Assembly: GCA_964019335.1 (NCBI GenBank)
Contig: OZ025653.1
Span: 744,001-808,000, forward strand
Reading direction: 5' to 3'
DNA: 64,000 nt
From: Diplonema japonicum
Lineage: Eukaryota; Protista; Euglenozoa: Diplonemea
This document shows, in pieces, positions 55,437 through 64,000 of the stretch. The notes below the pieces were generated by a model. That model worked only from the letters and a program-made list of their open reading frames with translations, did no database searches and was not told where the DNA came from. The position numbers and the translations under genes are program-made. Numbering within the stretch: the first letter of the stretch is position 1; each line of letters begins with the position of its first letter.

Positions 55437-55839
55437 TTATTCTGTGTGGATTGTATTCACTCTAAACGCAATGAGCATACATCTATGTTCGCTCCCACCA
55501 CAGAGCTCACCTGGTTTCCATTTTGCATTGTCAGGAAATACGGGATACTCGAGACTGCGTACCTCATGCCAAGCTCCTGCAAAGTGTTTTTCGCCACATG
55601 GCACATACCTCAACATTGTCGATGTCTACGTTCAAGAAGGTCACGCCTGTGATTTCGTCCGACAGCTTATTGAAGGCAGGCCCAACCATCTTGCACGGCC
55701 CGCACCACTGTGCAGAGAAGTCAACAACCACCTTTGGGTTATTTTTCAGCAGTTCGTCGAAGTGCTCCTCATCCTTGACCGTTATCACCGCGGTTCTTGC
55801 AAAGGCGCGGGGCGCCACAGAGCGAATCCCCCTCAACAT
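55437..55839 (-). CDS. Thioredoxin, probably mitochondrial (2 exons)
   Basis: VVVDFSAQWCGPCK; Arg-rich N-terminal presequence; after the intron ELGMRYAVSSIPYF. Confidence 0.9.
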
Positions 55840-55896
55840 TGTTAACTGTAATATCGTACGGTTGTTCTGCAAATAAAAAAGTTCCACGTAGAAATG

Positions 55897-56388
55897 TTAA
55901 TTGTGGAACCCCATGCCCGGAAGGGATAAGGGTGCAAGGATGGACTGCTTGTGGTATCTCTCCCTTTTACTGTGGTACGGTATGTAGTACGACATGGTGA
56001 GAGGTGCTTCGTGTGCATGAGGCGACGGTGGTGGTGAAGGAGGTGACAGAGTGGCGAAAGGAGGTGTACAGAATTGTTTCGAGTGTTTTTTCGTCGAAGG
56101 AGGTTTTGGAATTCGTGTCTCTGTGTCGCGCTGCCTTGTAGGGTGGTTATTCAAACACCTTGCAACGCTTGCACGGACACTCTCTATAGAACCGCTCAAA
56201 GGACCTTCACTCAAGACCATCGGGTGGTTCACAAACTCTTTTCTAATAAGTTCACAGTACCCCTTATGCGCCTGTGAGATGGTTCTGTGCAGCCCTACCT
56301 TCCCATCGTTGTGTAAGTCTGCTATGTGCTCTGCGCGGTTCTGTTTCATGAGATTCCGTATCCTCTCTCTGTAGCTGCGGTGTGCCAT
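55897..56388 (-). CDS. Hypothetical protein
   Basis: ORF on the gene strand starting MAHRSYRE; no recognisable domain. Confidence 0.5.
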   Translation of the reverse strand: MAHRSYRERIRNLMKQNRAEHIADLHNDGKVGLHRTISQAHKGYCELIRKEFVNHPMVLSEGPLSGSIESVRASVARCLNNHPTRQRDTETRIPKPPSTKKHSKQFCTPPFATLSPPSPPPSPHAHEAPLTMSYYIPYHSKRERYHKQSILAPLSLPGMGFHN

Positions 56389-57191
56389 GTCACTAGAAGG
56401 ATGTAACAGACAGGACAATAAAGCAAAATAGATGGATATTTATAGATGGCTATTTAAGAAAATGAAACAGGGTGTAAGCAGGAAGTAGAGAGTTAAAGGA
56501 GGACTGCCTCGAGACACCATACTCTGGGCTGAGGTGGGGTGGGGGGGTGGCACTATTTACTTTATCAACAACCTAAGGTAAATGAAGGTTCTAATCCCGG
56601 TGGAAAAAAAATTTTGTAGTGTCCTTCGCGGTGTCGTGGTGCGTCATGCAGTTGGTCCCGCGAAGCTTCCAGTCCTCGCCCTCCAGACACTCAACGCACG
56701 TGAGGAAGATAAAAGACCTGCCAAGATGGTCACAGTAGTGCTGCCCGAGGTCTAGGTGCCAGTGCGGAGGATTCTGTTTTTCATTTATGCATTGAGTTCT
56801 ATTGTTCCCCTTTTGCAAACCTGAATAAACACAAATTTAGGCGATTCTTTGCTTGGGCTCGCTGTGGACGTTGTCACCGCTGTGGGGTGATTGCTTAAAA
56901 GACGAAAAATAAAACTACACACCTGGCAACCTGCTCTGCAGCTTGTGTACCGTCTCCTCACGCAGGGTGTGCCCCATGAGTTTCAGGACGGGAGGGTTGA
57001 AAGTGCACGATAGACACAAGTTCGGCATATTGCGGCTTGAACACTTCCTGTGATAGTTGAGTAAGTAATATCGTATAACTGAAGCAAGGCACTGCACTGT
57101 CACTAAATATCGATCACCATGGTTCCACAGGTTCCTCATCGAGGCCACCTTCATAGCTAATTTCGCAAAGCCGCAAAGTTCTAAGCCGCAG

Positions 57192-58833
57192 CTATGTGTA
57201 GGAGACACCATGGTAGTTGCCGTTGTTGACTAGCTCTTCAGGTGTCCCGACACCCCTTGAGAAGTCTTCGGGTGCTGAAGAAAAGAGAAGGTCCATCAAC
57301 ACTCGCAGGGTCGGTGCCTTCTTGCCCTCCAACGCGCCCTGCCCGCCGTACAAAGACAGGTCGCCGCCAGATCGCACAACAAGGAAGTGCTTTGTGTCTA
57401 ACACGCCACTGCCCACGTTTAACACCTTAGCGGTGATAACTAACTTCCCAGGTTCTCTTTTACTGGGCCGTATTAAGACTGCGCCTCGGTTGGATTTCTT
57501 CATGAGGTCGCCTGCTGTTTGAGTAGACGCCCCCAGCTTGAACATGGCTTTCTTATTCAAATAGTCGAGATCCGTGATCATGCCTCCGGGCGACATGAAG
57601 TAGCTCATGAAAGGCAGAAAGTCATCGTCATATGACACCTCGACGTGCGGGTCGTCGCTGAGGCCTTCTCTGCACATCAAGTACCTCACGAGTCTGATCA
57701 CATGGTCGTACTTTGTGTTGAAGGGCATCCCACTGAATTGGTCCAGGGACGCTAGTCGCAGCCAGAATAGCTCCCACTTTAGTCTATGGTCATCTCTGAA
57801 TATAGATCCCCTTAAGTACGTTGGACCAGACAACCTCTGCCCAGATAGCCCTGCTGATGAAGTGCTGACCACCCACCCCAGACCCTGCAGCGTTCCACTT
57901 GGCGTGCGGTCTGACTCACGGAGAACAGTAGTGACCTTCGTTGTTGTCTCGGGGTCAGCAGCGGTTGTGTTCTGCAGAAAAGGGTCACTCGCGATGTCGT
58001 CGCAAGTCTCCCCTGTGTCTTCGCTGTTGAAACATCTCATCAAAAACTGTCGCAGCTCCTCGCTGGTGCCCTCTGTTGACGGACGAGTCTTTTCGACCGC
58101 TACCTTGTACACTACTGCTGCAAGGTTCTCCATTTCATTCCACGGGTGGTGCCCCACGGCCATTTCAAGCACTGTGCATCCAAGACTCCAGATGTCGCTC
58201 TGGGGCATCGGTGTCGACTTGGCCTCGATGGCCTTTGGGGACATGTAGATCAATGTGCCAACTGCACGACCTTCGACTCCTTCTGACTTTTCCGGCAGAA
58301 TTTTACACAGGCCAAAGTCTGCAAGTTTGACTCTAGCTCCGTCTTTGTCGGCCTCCGTCTGCAAGAGAATGTTGGCGGGCTTGATGTCTCTGTGGATTAT
58401 TTTCTTACTGTGCAGATACTGCAGCCCTGCTACAATTTCTTTTGTAAAATTTTTGACAGCCAGCTCCGGAAGCTTTTTCAGTGTTTTGATGACATGAGTG
58501 AGAGACCCACCCGGGATGTAGTCCATCACGATGCACGCCGTGTCGTGGTCTGGTAGTGGTGTGGTGTGGTCCAGTGCATACCTTTGTCAAAAGTGAAGTC
58601 CAGTACTCTGACGATGTTGGGATGCGACAGCTGCTTGAGGACCATGTACTCCTTACTAGCGTCGGAGAGGGACTTTTCCGTACAATTCTCGATACATTTG
58701 ACGGCAACGAAGTTACCATTGTTCAGCATCCCCATGTATACCTTCCCAAAGACTCCTTCCCCAAGCAGCTTGTTCGAGGCAATCTGCGGTTTATGTGGTG
58801 TACTGCATTGCAGCATACGTGTATCACGTCCAT
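57192..58833 (-). CDS. STE11/MAP3K-like Ser/Thr kinase with C-terminal SH2-like domain (3 exons)
   Basis: LGEGVFGKVY, VAVK, HRDIKPAN, DFG, GTLIYMSP; C-terminal GAVLIRPSKREPGKLVIT...KHFLV; short introns near 58540-58580 and 58785-58818. Confidence 0.85.
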
Positions 58834-59302
58834 CGTGCTAGAGCCTGTGGCCAAAGACAGGGAAAGAAAAGAGTACGCAGGAGAGGATGAAAAAAAAGGG
58901 AAGCAGAAATCGCTCGAAGTTCAAAGTAACAAATTGTCACCTCACTTCCTCCTCATGCCGTCCTGTGTGAAGTTGTACAAATCGACCGCATCGACCCAAA
59001 ACAGAATAAAAAAACAATTGAATAATTGGGCGGGTCGCAGTGGGCAGCGGAGGGATCAGAAATCGGTACAATAGATAAAAACATGGTTACAATGGATGCC
59101 CGGCGACTTGAAAAAAAGGAGATTCGTTATTTCATTTTTTCGGTTCTTGTGCAAGAAATATGGTTCTATCCACAAATAACTAGATTAATGGGTGCAGAGC
59201 ACACTGGGAGTCTGGTGGAAGCTGGCAGTAGACACCCGGTGCAAAAAAGAAGCACACAAAAAAAAAAAAAAAAGAAGAAGAAAAGGAGGAATCTAACATT
59301 AA

Positions 59303-61385
59303 CGCTCCATATTCGCTAAGTGACCCGCCCTATGTCCCGAAGGGGTTATAGGGGGCTATAGGGGAAAAAAATGTCAAAAATGCCCAAAGGTTCATTGACT
59401 TTTTTTTTCAAAAAATCCATATGTCGAACATGAAAGAACAGTGAGTTCCAAGGAAGTTCCAAAAAAAAATTTCCAAAAAAAAAAAATATTGGGGGCCAAC
59501 CAAAATGACCTTGGAAGTCGCCATTTTGGGTTTTGGCCATTTTTGCCAAACTTTTGCAAACTGGGCACTTTTCCCTTTGAAAAACATGGTTAACAGGGTT
59601 CGATCCCAGAAGCCAGCATCTTCCTGACCAATAGTTCAGCCGAAAATATTTTCGAAGGCAGTTGGGGGGGCTTTGCCCTGTACCTAGGCGAAGCGGGTTC
59701 AAACCCCACTCCAGCGGATTTTTTTAGGCTCACCACAGGGGAGAAACGGCAGCCCAAACCGGTATTTCCGCGAAAGCTTTTCGTAAGCTTGTGGGAGTCT
59801 AGTTGAGAAAAGTGCAGTTTTGAGGGAAGGACAGCTCTTAACATTGTAAGATTGTTAGTTGTTAGTCAGTAAGCATAACAGTCCTGTCCTCTGCACTTCG
59901 GCCGTAATCACCAAATACAAACGGGTGGAGATGACGAGAAGGTCAAAGAGGGTTCCGTAGGGGAGTTTATAGTTGAAGAGACAGATGCGCGTCTGCGCCG
60001 TCCACCACAGGGCAACGTACAGTCCAAATGGCATAGTCATTTGAAAGTGACGTTGCCTTTGGGGCAGAAGTTATTTCTGCTTGGAAGGTACTTATGTGGG
60101 AATTACACCGATCACCGGTCACGTTTGCGTTGGAAGATCCTTGACCCGCGTGCCCTGGTTTGATGACCAGCCTGAACGGAACGGAGACTATGAAACAAGC
60201 AGTGACGACGACCGGAGAATACTTCCTACTCCTGAGAGTACACGGGCAACTCGAAGGGAAAGACCAAGCAAGCCCTTCCAGCCAGCAGAGAGCCTCAGAC
60301 AACTAGGACTCCAGATGGACAGGATCGCGATAGCGGAGTACAGCCACAAGGAGCTCCACTACCGGGTCCACTACACAAAAGAGGGCAAGAAGTGAGATCT
60401 CAGAGCAGACGGGGTGGAAGTGCCATATGCAGGCAAAAACAAAGGATGGCACCCCAGCCTCATCTTGTACAAGAAGCACAAGACCGAGGAAGCAGAGGAG
60501 GGCCACCCGAGGCACAACAGAGGACATGGACAACCTCCTCAATGCAGCAGCAACAACAGTAACAGCAGCAGTAGCAGCAGCAAAGACAGTAGCAACAACA
60601 GAAAGTAAAGAAGAAGACATCAGTACCTCCCCCCCCTTCCTCCTCCTCCCTTCCTGCTGTTCTACTTTGGGTGGATCAAGCATCTGAAGAAACAACAGAT
60701 TTTTCTGATGACCCCTACTCTTCAGTGTACTAGTTTCTTTTCATCATTATTCTGTGTTGGTCACCGATCACACCAACACCGGCTGAGGAAGACGCAGTAC
60801 TACCTGCTGGAAGTGGTGGCAAAACGAGACCAGCTTCTCCAGGACAAGAGAATGCTAGAAACGTACACGACGCACCCCTGGAACAGATAACGGAAGGAAA
60901 CGCTCGAGCCTGATGATGAAACACGGAGAAGACATTATCAAGTAGCTCAGGAATCTGAAGTAGTACGACGGACCGAGGAAGACGAGTCACCACAATGGAA
61001 CTCGTACTAGACTTCGAGAACAGGGAAAGGGGTAGATAAGTAGAGATAAGTAGACAAGGACGTTCCAGAACAGGAACCTCCTCTATCTCATCTCTTATTC
61101 TGTGTTTATTCATCACAGTGTTGATGGGCTGTCCTGTGGAAAGAAGGGACCTACTCCACTCACTATGCCGGATGCCTGAGTAAAGATGGGGGGTCAGAGT
61201 TTTGAATTCCTGTGTGGTAGAGTGGTTACCTGCAAAAAAAATTTTATTACAAAAAAAAATTCCATATGTCGAACATTGGGCCCCGGACGAAAATAAATCC
61301 ATTCCCGCCCTAGAAAAAGCAATTAGAAATTTTTTTAGCTCTTCAAAATGCGGGTTCTGGTGGGTCACTTAGCGAATATAGAGCG
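59303..61385. mobile_element. ~2.1-kb non-autonomous TIR element with TTAA target (piggyBac-type)
   Basis: 24-bp TIR CGCTC(C/T)ATATTCGCTAAGTGACCC; TTAA at 59299-59302 and TAA at 61386-61388; subterminal direct repeat TCCATATGTCGAACAT; no transposase recognised. Confidence 0.8.
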
Positions 61386-61388
61386 TAA

Positions 61389-61525
61389 CCCTTATGCGCC
61401 CCAAGCTTAAGGGCGATCCATAGGAAGCTAATTCGTCACGAGTATGTTGGTTCGCAAAGTGGTTTCAATCTTTACTGCTCCCAGAATTCTTTCTTGCTTC
61501 TACGAAGCCGTTGGGCGCATAAGGG
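61389..61525. mobile_element. 137-bp piggyBac-type MITE
   Basis: 13-bp TIR CCCTTATGCGCCC/GGGCGCATAAGGG, followed by TTAA at 61526-61529. Confidence 0.8.
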
Positions 61526-61607
61526 TTAAGAAAACTTAAATACAACAGGGTACAAGAGGGAGGGTACAATGAACAATCAAACTAGGTAACATGGATGGGT
61601 GCTACTG

Positions 61608-62141
61608 CTACAGGCGTCTCATGATGTCTTCATCTGTCAGCTGGATTTGTGGAGCTGCCTTCTTCCGGAGACTTGCCCTGCGGGGGCGCGTGATGGGTTT
61701 GTGTTGCCTGTGTCGTGTATGCGGCTTGTGGGTATTCTGGAATGCAAGTGTGTCCGCAAGTATAGGTTGCGGCTGGGGTGGTGCCGTGGATGTCCTGGGC
61801 CTCGGGGGGTCCTTCCTTGGCAACACGTGCGGCCTTCTCAGAATAGGCGAATGTATGCACCCGAGGTCCACCTCAAGTTGATGGGTCGCAGCGAACTGCT
61901 TGAACTTCCTAGTGTCATCGGTTCTAAACGCCGTGTAGGCCCGCCCGGCTCTGTTCGGGCGATTGACTGGAAATACTTCCTCGGGTAATGTCCGCAGCAT
62001 CTTCCCAGGGTGACTTGACCTTATGTTATCAAAGCTAACCGGTGCCACTGGTCCATCACACGTCTTCACCAGCCCCTCGGTCCTCACGCCTTTCTCGAGG
62101 TCCTTCGTCCCCATCTTGTCTTTTCCCAGACATGGCCCCAT
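61608..62141 (-). CDS. Hypothetical basic protein
   Basis: ORF on the gene strand; probable start MGPCLG. Confidence 0.5.
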   Translation of the reverse strand: MGPCLGKDKMGTKDLEKGVRTEGLVKTCDGPVAPVSFDNIRSSHPGKMLRTLPEEVFPVNRPNRAGRAYTAFRTDDTRKFKQFAATHQLEVDLGCIHSPILRRPHVLPRKDPPRPRTSTAPPQPQPILADTLAFQNTHKPHTRHRQHKPITRPRRASLRKKAAPQIQLTDEDIMRRL

Positions 62142-62251
62142 TGTGACGTGTGCTGCTGTTAGAACATTGTCAGGTGTGCAAAAATGCAAGACTAAAAAAG
62201 AAAAAGGGAAAAGAAAACAAATAAACAAATCTACAACAAGATCAACAGAGT

Positions 62252-63325
62252 CTATCTAGGTACGGTGGGAGGGGACATGGCCTTGGTCTGGGGATAGTTA
62301 AGTGGGAGCTGGTGTGAGAGAGCGGAGCGGAGCGTGCTGAGCTGCTGCTCCATCATGTACACTTGCTGGAGGGCATCGCCGACGTTGCTTGGTCGTTGTG
62401 GTTGTGGCTGAGTCTGGGTGCGGGTTGCGCGGTCACAGGCCCGTACCTGTGCCTGTGTCTGGGTTTGGTCCTGAGGCTGTGTTGACCTCGGCTCATATTG
62501 TGGCTGTGGCGATGGCAGAGAAGAAACAGGAGGTGCACTGGTGTAGTAAGACTTCGCTGCTGACTTTGAAGGCGGGGGTGTGGGGACACCTCGTAAGTCG
62601 TTCTGTGACGCATGTTTAGGAGTTGTGGGGGGTGAGTTGTGTGGTGGCGAAATACTTCCTGGACAGGGCCTAGGCGAAAGAAGCAACCCCTGCCTCGGTG
62701 TACTAGGTGGGTTCCGCACTTTGCTAGTCACCGAAGGGCTATAAAGTGACCCTGCTGAGATGTCATCAGAAGGGCGTCTGGGCGGCGGCAGTCCTGCTGC
62801 CCTCCATTTTCTCTCCGCGAGGCCTGCAGTGGAAGCAACCCAGATATCGCTCACTCTCTCGGAGTGTTCCAACACTAGCTGCACATTCCCGTTCACAACT
62901 TCTGAATACTTCTCCATGACACGGTATGTTATGTACTTTTCTTCTGCTGCTGCTTGCTGGACGTCTGTTGCCTGCTCCTTGAGGATCTTCATCATACTCC
63001 GCATGCTAGCCTTCTCCGACACTGATGTGGGGCTCGTGCTACTGTACTTTTCTGGTTCTGAATCCCATCTGTGCTGCGTGTCTTTGTAGCTACTTTCGTA
63101 CAAGCTTTCCGAATGATGTGGGATTGATCCCGCACTCACTCCCCTGTAGCTGCCCTGTCCCATAGAAGCCAACAACTCTGCCGACATTGTAATACTGCTT
63201 ACTGAACTGGGTGGGGGCGCATCAGTTCTTGTCTTTGGGGATGCTCTCCAGAATGGTTCTCGTTCTCTCCGTCTGCTGGCGTCAACGAAGCCATCCCTCA
63301 GGGTGAGAGGGAAAGGTGTACTCAT
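62252..63325 (-). CDS. Hypothetical Ser/Pro-rich protein
   Basis: 357-aa ATG-initiated ORF on the gene strand. Confidence 0.65.
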   Translation of the reverse strand: MSTPFPLTLRDGFVDASRRREREPFWRASPKTRTDAPPPSSVSSITMSAELLASMGQGSYRGVSAGSIPHHSESLYESSYKDTQHRWDSEPEKYSSTSPTSVSEKASMRSMMKILKEQATDVQQAAAEEKYITYRVMEKYSEVVNGNVQLVLEHSERVSDIWVASTAGLAERKWRAAGLPPPRRPSDDISAGSLYSPSVTSKVRNPPSTPRQGLLLSPRPCPGSISPPHNSPPTTPKHASQNDLRGVPTPPPSKSAAKSYYTSAPPVSSLPSPQPQYEPRSTQPQDQTQTQAQVRACDRATRTQTQPQPQRPSNVGDALQQVYMMEQQLSTLRSALSHQLPLNYPQTKAMSPPTVPR

Positions 63326-63412
63326 GCCTGCCTGGGTGAGTAAATAAGTGGAAAAAAGTCTAAAATAACACTCGTGTTAAGACAAGCGATGCCTCTTCAG
63401 AAGAACAGACCA

Positions 63413-64000
63413 TCAGAACAAGGCAGTGGTAGCTTTTGTCCATCTTCTGGTTGGCCGCACGCTGCGAGATGCCATTTTTTCCCCTAACCATCTCGCGGAT
63501 TTCACATCGCCTGTCCTAGCGTAGACCTCAACAAGGGATGAATACAGTATGTTGCTATCGATGAGAGATAGCATTTCCGCTTCTTTGAAAGCGTCTGTTG
63601 CGTACGTTGAAAACTCGTCCCCCGGTTCTGTGCAGTGTGGAGCACACGAACGGATGAAGATATCGAATGTAGATTCATTGGGAAGGAGCTCGGCCTCGTA
63701 CAATTTTTTAAAATACTGTGCCACTTCGTTGAAGCTGTCCGCCACCTGTGCTGCGAGCATCAAGTTATTATAAATAGTGACATCTGCTCGTATTGTTGTG
63801 TTCCCGAGCAGTGTGTAGATGCCATCAATATCTCCAAGTAGAGCAAGAGCCCTGGTGGCAGCCCCTAGTAAAAGAGGGTCATTCAGTGTCCTGCCTCCAG
63901 CACGCTTCCACACCATCAGTACCTCATCCTTTGTAGTACAAGCACGTAGCCCTTGGTGGTCGAAGTAAGCGTTCTGTTCGTGCAGCATGTAGTACGGCAG
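63413..64000 (-). CDS. Pentatricopeptide-repeat (PPR) protein, 5' end outside the window
   Basis: ADVTIYNNLM, PNESTFDIFI and YSSLVEVYARTGDV...M...VRP PPR motifs. Confidence 0.8.
   Translation of the reverse strand: MPYYMLHEQNAYFDHQGLRACTTKDEVLMVWKRAGGRTLNDPLLLGAATRALALLGDIDGIYTLLGNTTIRADVTIYNNLMLAAQVADSFNEVAQYFKKLYEAELLPNESTFDIFIRSCAPHCTEPGDEFSTYATDAFKEAEMLSLIDSNILYSSLVEVYARTGDVKSARWLGEKMASRSVRPTRRWTKATTALF

Overview
Eukaryotic DNA, almost certainly a euglenozoan and probably a diplonemid. Evidence: a BILBO1-family gene, all ~25 host genes co-oriented on the minus strand with short spacers (polycistronic layout), and many very short (about 30-45 nt) GT-AG introns with CA-rich 3' ends. The main feature the ORF track misses is a set of five repeated non-coding arrays (~9.4-10.2, 16.7-17.8, 43.9-45.3, 47.3-48.3 and 50.5-50.7 kb). 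They resolve into shuffled modules of minus-strand snoRNAs. The box C/D guides match the sites of yeast 18S Am28, 18S Cm1639 and 25S Cm1437, plus a site in LSU GAACAGAAAUCU. There are also single-hairpin AGA-box pseudouridylation guides, one an exact fit to the 25S psi2865 site. The most amplified module (9 copies) is a ~122-nt structured orphan C/D-like RNA. The arrays bracket intronless metabolic genes: cobalamin-independent methionine synthase and two chimeric RimL-type GNAT paralogues with identical 3' halves. They are also hit by DNA transposons (a DD35D pogo and two hAT derivatives). Two tandem TTAA (piggyBac-type) elements lie near 59-61.5 kb. Unusual proteins include a Kelch-PRMT7 fusion, a stand-alone Cbl-TKB-like protein, a kinase-SH2 protein, a TM-PAS-pseudoHK-REC-STE11 kinase and a Na,K-ATPase-beta-like miniprotein. 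All calls are from motif recognition by eye, with no database searches. rRNA targets were inferred from remembered conserved rRNA sequence, not from this organism's own rRNA.
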